A stretch of 64,000 nucleotides of DNA from contig OX597830.1 in NCBI GenBank assembly GCA_951406725.2, positions 73,966,001-74,030,000 on the forward strand, given 5' to 3'. This DNA is from Octopus vulgaris. Lineage: Eukaryota. This document shows, in pieces, positions 29,200 to 41,385 of this stretch. How positions within the stretch are numbered: position 1 is the stretch's first letter; each line of letters opens with the position of its first letter. The notes beneath the pieces were generated by a model. The model ran no database searches and was not told the DNA's origin. It saw nothing but the letters and a program-made list of their open reading frames with translations. The position numbers and the translations under genes were made by a program.

Positions 29200-29371
29200 T
29201 CTCTTTGGAGAGACATCAGAATTTACCGATGTGAAGATAGACTTAAGTTAGTAAGTCAAACTAGGTGGAGATCTGTTTTTATACATCATCTAACGTTAGC
29301 CGATAAAAGCGACTACGGTACCCGTTTGGATTCTATATCCCTACCAACCAAAATTTGGAAGTTTATCTTTA
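29200..29371 (+). repeat. Unclassified ~170-bp interspersed repeat ending in microsatellite (copy 1)
   Basis: Shares ATTTACCGATGTGAAGAT, TAAAAGCGA, GTACCCG and CCCTACCAACC.AA.TTTGGAAGTT with 36638-36810. Confidence 0.65.
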
Positions 29372-29933
29372 CACACACACACACACAACCACATACGCAC
29401 ACACACATACACACACATTCATTTATTATTTATGTATACTTAATCTGTGGGTGTTCATAAATACATACACACACACACATTTATATAGATATATATATGT
29501 ATGTATGAAGATATGTATATATGTATACATTTATTGATATATATATATATACACTTAAAGGGAGAGAGAGAGAAGGAAAACACTGATTTTCAAATATCGT
29601 ACAGCATAAATTCTTGATTTATTCAAATTTTATCAGTGTCTAGGAAGATATCACATTTTTGCACGCACATATACACACATACATAGATACATTTATACAT
29701 ACATGCATGCATGCCTACATACATATATACATACATACATACATATATAGATACATACATGCATTCATACAAAAATACATATACATATATCCTTACATAA
29801 ATACACACGCATCTGCATATATATATATATATATATATATACCTTCTTCCCTTCTTTCCTGAGCGTCCAATAATACTTTATTTGTTCCACGTCTTCGCGT
29901 TGCTGTGTTTTTTTTGTGTTTTCTTGTTTGGAT

Positions 29934-29992
<59 letters not shown>

Positions 29993-30007
29993 GTATGTAT
30001 AAATATA

Positions 30008-30069
<62 letters not shown>

Positions 30070-30744
30070 TGTATGTATAAATATATATATATATGTAACG
30101 GGAAGCTTTATGATAAGGGTTTGTACAGAGAGAGAATTAGAAGTGAAGTGGAGGAGGACTATCAATAAAAGTGACAAAGGCGCTTTAAAACCTTTGCTAA
30201 CTGAAGTCTAACCGACCGTCCGTCCGTTAATCTTGTATAAACACATCTACGACAAAACAATCAGATTAAGAACTCACCAACGCGCAGAGTGAGAGAGAGA
30301 GAGAGAAAGCCAGCGAGAGAAGGAGAGACAAACAGACAGACATAGACATAGAAGTAGACAGACAAACACAAACAGACAGGCAGCCAGACAAGCAGACAGA
30401 GAGATGGACTCGTATAGAAAGATGTACATCAACATAATTTCCATGCCGGAAATGTTTATATAATAAACTGTTTCCGGTCACATTGATGTACGATTTTTAA
30501 GTTGAATGTTTTTTGTAGTTGTTGCAGCCATCGTTACTGTTATTGTTATTGTTGGTGTTGTTGCAATTCTTGTTCGTTTTGCAGTTATTATTGTTGATGG
30601 TGTTGTCATTTTTATTTAGCCCTAGGCGTTTCACTGTGACATTCCTTTGCAAAAAAAAAAAAAGAATTTAAAGAAATAAAAAAAAATCATGTAAATTCCT
30701 GCAATTCCTTTTCTTTTATACTGAGGCATAGTGTATCTAGGACT

Positions 30745-31182
30745 GGATCTTTTCGGGTTGAACGGCAGTTTTTAACATAATTTCTAGGTCACTAAAAAAT
30801 TTTAAACTTCGTATACTGGTAGAATGTGTTTATAAAACATCTTATTCTCTTGGCTTTATTGAGAAAACTTTTTAGTTTGTAAGATATTAGTTGTTTTTCT
30901 TCTTCAGTTTCTGCAATTTCAACCAATCACTGATGTCTATAGAGGTAAAAAAACATTCTGTGCCGTATGAATATGTCCCTCGTTTAAGAAACAGATTGGG
31001 TTTATTTACATTTCTGAAGAAAAAAAGATACCCTTCCACCCATCCCAAACCCTAACTAACCCTAACTAACGCTAACCGTAAAACATATCGAAATGCAACA
31101 GATCGATACTAGGGTCATAATTATGGGTGACAATTTCATATGACACCGCTAGAAAAAACTGCCGTTCAAACCGAAAAGATCC
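30745..31182. mobile_element. 438-bp MITE with ~29-bp TIRs and 8-bp TSD (Merlin- or hAT-like)
   Basis: TIR GGATCTTTTCGG(G/T)TTGAACGGCAGTTTTT at both ends. TSD CTAGGACT at 30737-30744 and 31183-31190. Internal TAACCC-like repeats at 31047-31080. Confidence 0.92.
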
Positions 31183-31627
31183 CTAGGACTATATAAAAGT
31201 ACTGTTCTTCGTTTCTTATAACGGTAAGATGTGTTTTGAGGGAGATCCAACTACTGTTTCTAGCAGGATAATTGATAAAAAGTTTGGCTCTTTAGATGAA
31301 TTGAACCTGTGATATTGTTTGTAGTGATATTGCGTAGCAATGGAGCAGGTTATCATTCTTAGCATTAGCTTGTTCGCATTTTTAGAGTTTCTGTTATTGC
31401 TGTTGATCCTGCCACGGCTGATGTTGTTGTTGTTGCTGATGATGATGATCATGACATCGTGTGTGTGTGTGTGATGGCGCGCGCGCGTGCATGTGTCTGT
31501 GTGTCAATATTTGTATGCTTATCTGTATGAATGTTTCTCCTCTTTGAAAGCATTTATAACTGCACAAATTTGCTTAAATCTCAGCATGTATTCTGTCCCT
31601 GTGTTTGCACAATCAATATATATATAT

Positions 31628-31672
<45 letters not shown>

Positions 31673-31761
31673 AAATACAAAAATGGGACAAAGACGCAAA
31701 ACATCCAGACAGACGATACAAAGAAAACAAGGATATATATATATATATATGTATATATGTG

Positions 31762-31806
<45 letters not shown>

Positions 31807-31809
31807 ATG

Positions 31810-31891
<82 letters not shown>

Positions 31892-31897
<6 letters not shown>

Positions 31898-32657
31898 TAT
31901 TTATATAAGGAGATAGAGAAAAATATATATTCGATACTTATTCTATTCGTATCACGATAAAAACGTACCAAACCCTTTAATACAAATAGAATTTAAAGGG
32001 ACATAAATTGACGGAAAAAGCATAAGAAGTACCTACACATGTTTCAATCTGGTCATTAGGTGAACAGTATTTTAGATCTTCAGGATTCAAACCATGTTAA
32101 GGGTTCTAGATGTAAAAAAATCCCCACAGTATCCTTTTTTATTGATTGCATAATGTCCCTCAATAACTATAACCGTCTATTTCTCAAACCCATCGTAGTC
32201 TTTGGGCAGGATTTGATTAGCTAATACCTCCCCCTTCTACCCCCTTCGACGTCCTATCTTTTATAACTACTTGGTGTTTACATTACTTGATTATATCAAT
32301 ATGCGGTCCTCATCTATCTTATTCAGTATGTTTTTTTACCGCCAATTTGAATTCCTTTCGAAAAATATGTAAGCATTAGCATCTTGTATAAAATAGCGCT
32401 GATGATATCTGGTTATACTGTGGGGTTTTTTTTTTACATTTAAAACTCTTAACGGGGTTCGAATCCTGCGGATCTGAAACACCGTTTACCTAATAACCAG
32501 ATTGAAACATGTGTAGGTACTTTTTATGTTTTTCTTTCAATTAATGTTCTTTTAAAATATTAATTGTATTAAATGGTTTGCTATGTTTGTTATCGTGTAC
32601 AAGTAAAATAAATATCCACTACATGTTTTTCTCCATTTTCTTGTATAAATATAATTA
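31892..32657. mobile_element. Large fold-back element, ~240-bp diverged arms, each with a hammerhead-like motif
   Basis: 31892-32132 versus 32415-32657 inverted. Minus 32031-32087 reads atc-CTGAAGA-TCT...AGATT-GAAA-CATGTG-TA-ggt. Confidence 0.75.
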
Positions 32658-33039
32658 TAAATTGGACTGTTTATCTCTGTATATTGTGAAAATTCTCTCA
32701 ATATATATCATGGATAACACTAGTTGATCTCTGGATTTCATAATCTCTAAAGAGGAAATTTTATCCTCAAATTGACTAATATATATATATATATATATAT
32801 GTACATATATACATATATACATATATACATATATATACATGGGAACACACTTATTTATAGGTGCAGGCGTGGCTGGGTGGTAGGAAGCTTGCTTTCCAAC
32901 CATATGGATCTGAGTTCAGTTCCACTGCGTGGCACCTTGGACAAGTATCTTCTATTGTAACCCCGGGCCAACGAATGCCTTGTGGGAGGATTCATTGGGT
33001 AGAGGAAAACTGAAAGAAGCCTGTCGTATATATATATAT

Positions 33040-33493
33040 TTAATTAGAGGTTGTATTAGCCTCATGAAGGGATGGTTTCATCCAAGGAAATACTGGTTCA
33101 GAGACCAATATTTTTGAGGAATGAATTTCCTTAAATTAATAGGTATATGAAAAAAAAACATACTTTGTATTCATTTAAAAGAAGAGGTTAATAATTGTTT
33201 ATTATAAAAGAAAGTTGTTCATCTTCACTTACAGCCGTTTCTGTTAATACTCACTAAACATTATATTTACATTTATGCGACATGATCATAATATCATAAG
33301 AGGGGATAAAAAGATGTACCTTTGGATGCTGTATGTGTGTTTGTGAATTCATTTTAGAGTCTGCTAAAATGAATTCACAGATATAGCATTCCAAAGGTAC
33401 ATCTTTTTCTTTCCTCTGATGATATTATGCTCATATCGCATAAATGTAAATATAATGTTTATTGAGTATTAATAGAAACGGCCGTAAGTGAAG
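33040..33493. mobile_element. Fold-back element (arms 33223-33357 / 33364-33493, 6-nt loop) nested in SINE-A
   Basis: Near-perfect inverted repeat centred on TGTGAATTCATTTTAG-agtctg-CTAAAATGAATTCACA. Confidence 0.85.
33411..33493 (+). ncRNA. Type I hammerhead ribozyme-like motif with enlarged loop II
   Basis: ct-CTGATGA-TATTA...(~42 nt)...TAATA-GAAA-CGGCCG-TA-ag; palindromic stem III typical of minimal Penelope-associated hammerheads. Confidence 0.65.
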
Positions 33494-33544
33494 CTTCTGG
33501 ATTCGGCAAAAGAGACCGATAAAATAAGTACTAGGCATTCAACG

Positions 33545-33576
<32 letters not shown>

Positions 33577-34144
33577 ACACACACACACTCATATTTAATT
33601 ATGTATATATCGTATGCACTGGAGTCGATGTAATTGATTTATGTCCTCCCCCAAATTCCCGGCCTTGTGCCAAAATTTACAGTCAATATTAAATAGGCAG
33701 CGGTCTTGCAGATTCACTTCCGCACCGCGCCGCAGAAAATTCTTAGAAGCATTTCTTGTGGTTTTGAAACTAGGATGAAATCCTGATCAGTATCGGCTGT
33801 TTATTCATTCAGAACATTGAATATCAAGTATTCGTTTATATCAAATGTTTTATCAAATTGTTAATTAATACCAAATGGCCATTCAGCTTACGCATTCATT
33901 TATATCAAATTAAAGATATGTTTTGCTTGCTTTACAATCGGTAGGGCGTCGGATTAAGTGCCTTTTGGTATCTAGTTACATTTCTCAGTGCTCACTTCCG
34001 GTTTGCCCTCCACAAAGATTGATATATTATATATATGCGAAAGTGTTAGTATAACAAGTGTTGAACAAAGTTTGATATAACTGACAGTGTTGTATTATTT
34101 TCACTTGTCTCTCTCCACAAGTCAAGTTTCATGATGGCCCAAGG

Positions 34145-34190
34145 GAGCTCTGATGTCTCAGTGGAAGGGTCCGAAACACCTACAGAGTTG
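34145..34190 (+). ncRNA. Degenerate hammerhead-like motif
   Basis: gctCTGATGT...GGGTCC-GAAA-CACC-TA-cagagt, with flanking CTCTG/CAGAG complementarity. Confidence 0.35.
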
Positions 34191-34282
34191 CTTCAATATC
34201 TGCTAAGAGAGCAACTCGTACATTCGGAGACGGAGCACAGTTGCACGCTCAGTCCGTAAGAGAATATTACGAGTTACTGAGG

Positions 34283-34730
34283 GAGGCGAGGTTGCTGAAT
34301 CGTTAGCACGCCGGGTAAAATGCTTAGCGGCATTTCGTCCGCCGTTATGTTTGGAGTTCAAAACACCACCGGGTTCGAATTTGCATTTCATCCCTTCGGG
34401 GTCGATAAAATAAGTACCAGTTGAACGTGGGGATCGATGTGAACGACTTACCACATCTCCCAAAGTTGCTGGCCTTGTTCCAATATTTGAAACCAATATA
34501 ACAAGCAACAATCAGACGGCGAGCTAGCAGAATCGTTAGCACGTCGGGCAAAATGCTTAGCGGCATTTCGTCCGTCTTTATGTTCTATGTTCAAATGCTG
34601 CCGAGGTCGACTTTATCTTTCATCCTTTTGGGATTGATAAAATAAGTATCAATTGAACACTGGGGTCGATGTCATCGACTTAACCCTTCCCTCAAAATTG
34701 CTGACCTTGTGCCAAAATTTGAAATCAATT
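34283..34730 (+). mobile_element. Two tandem SINE-B copies
   Basis: GGCGAG(C/GT)TG..GAATCGTTAGCACG heads at about 34283 and 34514, both with the core. Confidence 0.88.
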
Positions 34731-35069
34731 ATGTACGAATCATTTGTCTTGTTCACGTTCGAATATTGACTAGATCGAAATTGCATTTCGTCCATCTTGG
34801 TTGTGTTTCTAAATAGATAAAAATTCTAGTCTTGCATATTTTTATTTCCGATATTTTCCATCCCGTTATTGTATTATACAAAAGTAGCTTATTTGGAAAT
34901 AGCATATCGAATTTTCCATGAGGAAAGGGTTGCTAAACATTCGAGCATATTCACATTAATTCTAAGGCGGGGGAGGGTTTCTGTGAGCGGTTTACGAGAC
35001 TAATCTCACGGTGCAGTGTGACTGATTTCAAGAATGAAATACTGCATCTAAGAAATGAAACTTTCAATT

Positions 35070-35473
35070 TACTCTTTACTCTGTTATTCTTCTTGCTTCA
35101 GTTATTTGACTGCGGTCATGCTGGAGCACTGCCTTTTAGTCGAACAAATCGATCCCAGGTCTTATTCTTTGTAAGCCTAGTACATATTCTATCGGTCTCT
35201 TTTGCCGAACCGCTAAGTTACGGGGACGTAAACACGATGCTGGGGGAGACAAACACAGACACAAAAACATATACACACACTCATATATATATATACATAT
35301 ACATATATACGACAGGCTTCTTTTAGTTTCCGTATACGAAATCCACTCAGAAGGCTTTGGTCGGCCCGAGGCTATAGTGGAAGACACTTGCCCAAGGTGC
35401 CACGCAGTGGGACTGAACTCGGAACCATGTGGCTGGTAAGCAAGCTACTTACCACACAGTTACTCCTACGCCT
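35070..35473 (-). mobile_element. SINE-A, full length
   Basis: Reverse-complement homology to 272-704. Confidence 0.9.
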
Positions 35474-36189
35474 AATTTCTGTGTATTTCATAGACAGCCG
35501 ATGAGTTGGACACAATAGGACTTAAATACAGATCGCATTGAGCCTGAACAAATAATAAATATTACAAGACATTAATGATTCCGCCATCTTGCAAAATCAA
35601 ATCTCTCCAATATGTTTCTGTCGCGATTGCAATATATTGATTTTTGACGTAATCGATTATAAATGACTTCCAAAAGTTAGAAATCCATGTTTAACTGTCA
35701 ATATTGGTTTTATTTCATTCGGTTCTTGTCACATTGGTACACCTGTTTCAGCAGGTATGTATGTATGTATGTATGTATGTATGTATGTATGTATGTATGT
35801 GTGTATGTATATATGTATGCATGTATGCATGTATGTATGTATGTACGTATGTATGTATGTACGTACGTACGTATGTATGTATGTAAGTATGTATGTACGT
35901 ATGTATGTATGTATGTATGTATGTATGTATTGTATGTATGTATGTATATATGTATGTATGTATGTATATATGTATGTATGTATGTATGCAGTCATGTATG
36001 TATGTATGTATTGTTGTTTAGAATAGTTTGAGTTCAGAGTAAATATATTATAGCAAGCGTACCCGGGTGAATCGAATTGCTTTACTTGCTCTCCAAGTTT
36101 CTAAATTGTATGACATAGAATATAACATATATATATATATATGTACATATTTATAAATGTGTGCATTTTCATATATGTATCAATGTACA

Positions 36190-36231
<42 letters not shown>

Positions 36232-36235
<4 letters not shown>

Positions 36236-36430
36236 TATAAAATGTTTCGAAAAACATTCTATCAATGGCCAGCATATTAAAAAATACCTTTAAAGGTTAA
36301 ATTTATAAACAACTTATAAACAAGGACAAAAGAAAAAAAATTCTAATACTAAATATGCCGAAAATAGACTATTTTCGGCATATTAGGCATTAGAAAATTT
36401 TTTATTTTGCCCTTGTTTAAGTTGTTTATA
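36232..36430 (+). mobile_element. (TA)n-embedded fold-back element (~63-bp arms, 1-nt centre)
   Basis: ...AATATGCCGAAAATAG-A-CTATTTTCGGCATATT...; arms 36304-36367 / 36369-36430; head TATCAATGGCCAGCATATT. Confidence 0.75.
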
Positions 36431-36435
36431 TATAT

Positions 36436-36512
<77 letters not shown>

Positions 36513-36637
36513 TAAATAGATAGATTGAGAGAACAAGGAAGAGGGGGAGAGAGAGAGATTCCAAGTCAGTGGGTAAGAGAGAAGAAATAATAATAATAAT
36601 TATTATTATATCTTCGCGACCGACGACATGCACACTC

Positions 36638-36810
36638 TATAGAGACATATGGATTTACCGATGTGAAGATCTACTGAGGGTTGTAAAATAAACTTACTGG
36701 AGTTTTTCTATACTCACGGAGGTTAGCCAGCATTATTAACCGGTAAAAGCGAATACAGTACCCGCTAAACATGTGTACCCCTACCAACCTAATTTGGAAG
36801 TTAACCTTCA
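36638..36810 (+). repeat. Unclassified ~170-bp interspersed repeat ending in (TA)n (copy 2)
   Basis: Homologous to 29200-29371. Confidence 0.65.
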
Positions 36811-36817
36811 TATATAA

Positions 36818-36924
<107 letters not shown>

Positions 36925-37065
36925 CATATATATATACACGCGCGCACACGCACATGTTTATGTACCTGTGAGTTTATATTAATATATATATACGCACGCA
37001 TACATATGTATTTATATATATATTTATATATATACATATATATGTGCATGTGTTTGTGTGTATGT

Positions 37066-37102
<37 letters not shown>

Positions 37103-37760
37103 CAAATATATATATATATTGAGAGAGAGAGAGAGAGACAGACAGACAGTCCGACAGACAGACAGATAAATAGAGAGAACAAGGGAGAGTGGAGAGGGAG
37201 AGATAGAGATTCCAAGCCAGGAGGAATACCACAGTATATATTCTTCATTCAACTTTAAATAAATAGAGTGCTCCCCCGCCAACCCTACAGAATATTATCA
37301 AGCAGTCCATTTAAACTATTTATTAAACTATCTATTAAACAGTTGTTAATATATCCCCTCCTTTGCACTTTACCCCATCCCCTAAAACAGCCGCAGACAA
37401 TATTCCACGGTCACACTCTCTTCTTACTCCTGCTACTGTTTCCTAACAATCGGCAAAATATACTGAAATGCGCATGATTCTCTGATTGTGTTTGTGTATG
37501 TGTGTTGGGGGCGGGTTAGTCTTTGCTGCTTGTATGTCTCTGTTTGAGCCTGTTTATGTGTGTCTATTGTTCAGGATTTATTATCACCTATAAATGTCTT
37601 TCTCTGACTTTTGTGAGTTCGAACTGATGCTGCGGTTTTATTTCTCTGTGGCCGATGATATATATATTTCAAAGAATCTGCCATTATATTTTGCAGAGCA
37701 TCCATTTGGTAGCTTTATTGAATACAGAACTAAAAGATGTCATTCTCATAGACGTTTACG

Positions 37761-38176
37761 TGGCACTCCGTCGGTTACGACGACGAGGGTTCCAGTTGAC
37801 ACGATCAACGGAATAGCCTGCTCGTGAAATTAACGTGCAAGTGGCTGAGCACTCCGCAGACACGGGTACCCTTAACGTAGTTCTCGGGGAGATTCAGTCT
37901 GACACGGAGTATGACAAGGCTGGCCCTTTTGAAATACAGGTACAACAGAAACAGGAAGATAGAGTGAGAGAAAGTTGTGGTGAAAGAGTACAGCAGGATT
38001 AGCCACCGCCCACTGCCGGAGCCTCGTGGATCTTTAGGAGTTTTCACACAATAAGAGCATCGTGGATCTTTAGGTGCTTTCGCTCACTAAACTCTTACAA
38101 CACCCCCTCTGGTAGTCGAAACCGTGATCCTACTACTGCGAGTCTACTGCCCTAACCAATGGGCCACTGCGCCTCC
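37761..38176 (-). mobile_element. SINE-C, full length with a small internal duplication
   Basis: Reverse-complement homology to 10616-10997; TCGTGGATCTTTAGG occurs twice. Confidence 0.88.
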
Positions 38177-38775
38177 ACCATAGACACATATAGGCACACC
38201 ACCCTCAAACATGCACGCGCAAGCGTGTCTGCGTATATGTATGTGTGTGTGTGTGTATATATACATACATGCGTATATGTATATATACTCACACACACTA
38301 AGATACACACAAACACACATGTTCATACGTTGTCTCGTTGGTTTTGCGTACCTTAGTGGATAGTACTATATCTATGATCCGAAGATGGTGGTTTCCATTC
38401 CTGGATTCTTGTCATGTCGTTCCAGATTAATCACCTGGCAAAAACAAGTAATCAGTCGATGGACCGGCGATTCTTTTGGGGTAATGTCACAGAATCCGGG
38501 AAACCGGCCTTATGATCTTATGGTTGGTGAAGGGCCGTTGATCCTCTTTTTATACATAGACACAGTTTTGAAAATACGACTCACCTACATACACTGAGTC
38601 CTACTGATGCATTGTGGGAAATTGTGCTCGCACACTTACATACTTATGCGTATATATACAGACATGTATGTGTAAGTGCGTGTGTATGCATATGTACATC
38701 CATACGTTCATACACATTTACACACACATATAGACACACGCACGCACACGTAAATGCATACATACAAACATATTA

Positions 38776-38984
38776 CTTTCTAGTTTAGGCGCAAGGCCTG
38801 AAATTTTGGGCCAAGAGGGATAGCCGACTACATAGACTCAGTACTTGTCTAGTACTTATTTAATCGACCGCGAAAGGATGAAAGGCAAAGTCGACCTCGG
38901 TGCAATTTGAACTCAGAACGTGAAGGCAGACGAAATCCTACTAAATCATTTTACCCGGCGTGCTAACGATTCTGCCAGCTCGCT
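38776..38984 (-). mobile_element. SINE-B
   Basis: AAAGGATGAAAGGCAAAGTCGACCTCGG...TTTGAACTCAGAACG. Confidence 0.85.
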
Positions 38985-39044
38985 GACCTAAACAAACATG
39001 CACAGATACAAACATACATACATGTATATATGTATGTGTGTGTA

Positions 39045-39105
<61 letters not shown>

Positions 39106-39619
39106 ATGTGTGTGTGCGTGAGTGTGTGTGTGTGTGTGTGTGTGTGTTTGTATGTATGTATATATGTACATATATATAATACACATATATTCTCATATCT
39201 GTAAGTACAGTCTGTAATAATAATTAGCCACCAGCCCTTACTACTGCAATAAGGTCTCATCAGTCACCTCTGAAGCACAGTCGGGATCTTTGATTAATTA
39301 AGAGTTTAGTTTGACTTCACAAATAAATGCTAATCCCAGTTACGCAATATTTATTCGTTAGCTAAGCCTTATTTTTCTAATTGCATAGGCCTCTAACTTC
39401 TGGGTTTTAGACCACGTTGCATAAGTTTCGGCCGACATTTTGAAACATATTTTACGCATCCGATTTATATTTTGAGCATCTAAAGATGAAAGTCCCCATT
39501 ACAATTAGTATCTTTTCATGTATTATTAACCCGTCTTTTATATTTAGAGCAGCTTGAGACAATATCCACTTCGTATTCTTAGGGAGTTCTTCCTGATATC
39601 TCATCTTTTTTCCTTTCAT

Positions 39620-39830
39620 GTTTTACTTGTTTTAGTCATTTGAATGGGGCTACGCTGGGTCACCGCCACGAAGGGCTTTTTTTTTTTTGTTTTAGCCGAA
39701 CAAATCTACCCCAGGACTTACTTTTTAAAGGCCAGAACTTATTCCGTCGGTTTATGCGAATACCGGTTGTCAGGCGGTGAGGTTGGGGGAACAAACACAG
39801 ACACAAAGACACCAACACATAGATATATAC
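39620..39830 (-). mobile_element. SINE-A 3' half
   Basis: TTTTACTTGTTT.AGTCATTTGA...CCCCAGGACTTA...GGGGGAACAAACACAGACAC. Confidence 0.7.
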
Positions 39831-39835
39831 ATATA

Positions 39836-40118
39836 CACCTTCTTCTCGACTAATGACCACAAAAAAATAAGGAAATGAAAAAAGAAATTTTTTTAATCGA
39901 TTTTCGGACGTTGGACAGTTGCGCATAGATAACTATGGCAGAATCTGGCAACGCTCATCTAGGCATCCATTGTCTTCTACTGTTTCTCCATTAGTCGCTT
40001 TCAAGCATTATTTGATTTTGAATGAAAATAGTGTAGAAAATTATAAATCCGACATACGACCAGATCGACTTACGACCTGTCAGTCGTAACGGAACTCGGT
40101 CGTAAGTTGAGGAAGAAG

Positions 40119-40121
<3 letters not shown>
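39836..40121. mobile_element. pogo/Tigger-like MITE
   Basis: TIRs CACCTTCTTCTCGACTAATGACC and GGTCGTAAGTTGAGGAAGAAGGTG; subterminal GACTTACGACC repeat; TA on the left flank. Confidence 0.65.
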
Positions 40122-40184
<63 letters not shown>

Positions 40185-40186
40185 AT

Positions 40187-40484
40187 ATTAAAATTATGAA
40201 TTAGGGTATCTACGAGATACCACCATGCTGAAAATAGCAGCCATGATCTGACTCTAAAACCACCATAATTGTCCATAATTGTCCATATATCAACACGAGT
40301 TGATATATGGACAATTATGGTGGTTTTAGAGTCAGATCATGGCTGCTATTTTCAGCATGGTGGTATCTCGTAGATGCCCTAATTTATAATTTTAATAATT
40401 ATTACCTTTGAAGGTTATTTTTTCCATGCTGACCACTTGATAAAATCGTTATTTAATTTTTAAAGTAACGATCTTATCCTTATT

Positions 40485-40487
<3 letters not shown>
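40187..40487 (-). mobile_element. (TA)n-embedded fold-back element, ~100-bp nearly perfect arms, 4-nt loop
   Basis: Arms 40187-40294 / 40299-40397; centre ATATCAAC-acga-GTTGATAT; homologs at 48905-49082 and 57571-57738. Confidence 0.9.
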
Positions 40488-40555
<68 letters not shown>

Positions 40556-40563
40556 ACACACAA

Positions 40564-40612
<49 letters not shown>

Positions 40613-40914
40613 TTATGCAGTATTGTTATAGAAACCTTGTACTTTTGTAGAGTCTACTATTTTAGTACTGTCTCTATATATCCAAGTGAACAACGCATTT
40701 AACGTCCTTATTAAAAGAGAATATATAAGCTCTAATCAGGAGAAGAGGAGCTAATAATATTGCCTACATATAATTTGCTCCTCTTTCTTTCCTGATTTAA
40801 TAATTCCTGAAGGGTGTCATAGATGCAGTACTACTTTCTCTAAACAAGCTATTAGGGAAACATTCATAATATGTGTGTGTGTGTGTGTGTGTGTGTGCTT
40901 GCGTGACCACTAAC

Positions 40915-41081
40915 TCCAAATTTTTTCTATTTTCTCCCTGTTTATTTCCTCGTTTTTGTTTCTGTTGAAGAGCGTAGGCTCGAAACGTAAAATACTTTCT
41001 AACATTGCCAAGCGTCACTAATATACCTGCTTGTTGTTTATACACCTGTCTTCATCTTTTTTATTTTTGTGTAACTTTCAA

Positions 41082-41083
<2 letters not shown>
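40915..41083 (+). mobile_element. Penelope-like 3' remnant containing a minimal hammerhead motif
   Basis: ttt-CTGTTGA-A-GAGC-gtag-GCTC-GAAA-CG-TA-aaa at 40958-40993 (one core substitution). Downstream sequence is homologous to the 12507 family. Confidence 0.65.
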
Positions 41084-41123
<40 letters not shown>

Positions 41124-41221
41124 GCCGAAAGCATATATATATATGTGTGTGTTTGTGTGTGTATCTATATATACATATATATGTGTGTGTGTGTCTGTCT
41201 GTGTGTGTGTGTGTGTGTGTA

Positions 41222-41385
41222 TGACGGGCTTCTTTCAGTTTCCGTCTATCAAATCCATTCACAAGGCATTGGTCAGCGCGAGACTTTAGTACATGACACT
41301 CGCTTAATGCACCACGAAGTAGGACTAAATCCGGAACCATGTGGTTGGTAAACAAGCGTCTTACAACATAGCCACGCCTGCGCCT
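41222..41385 (-). mobile_element. SINE-A 5' half
   Basis: GACGGGCTTCTTTCAGTTTCCGTCTA...GGAACCATGTGGTTGG...GCCACGCCTGCGCCT. Confidence 0.85.

Larger units (their letters stand above)
32859..33538 (+). mobile_element. SINE-A split by an insertion in its internal (TA)n
   Basis: 5' half at 32859-33030; resumes TTCGGCAAAAGAGACCGATAAAATAAGTACTAGGC at about 33502-33538. Confidence 0.75.

Noticed and set aside
31047-31080. Interstitial telomere
   Set aside because: Only a few degenerate units, and they lie inside a MITE.
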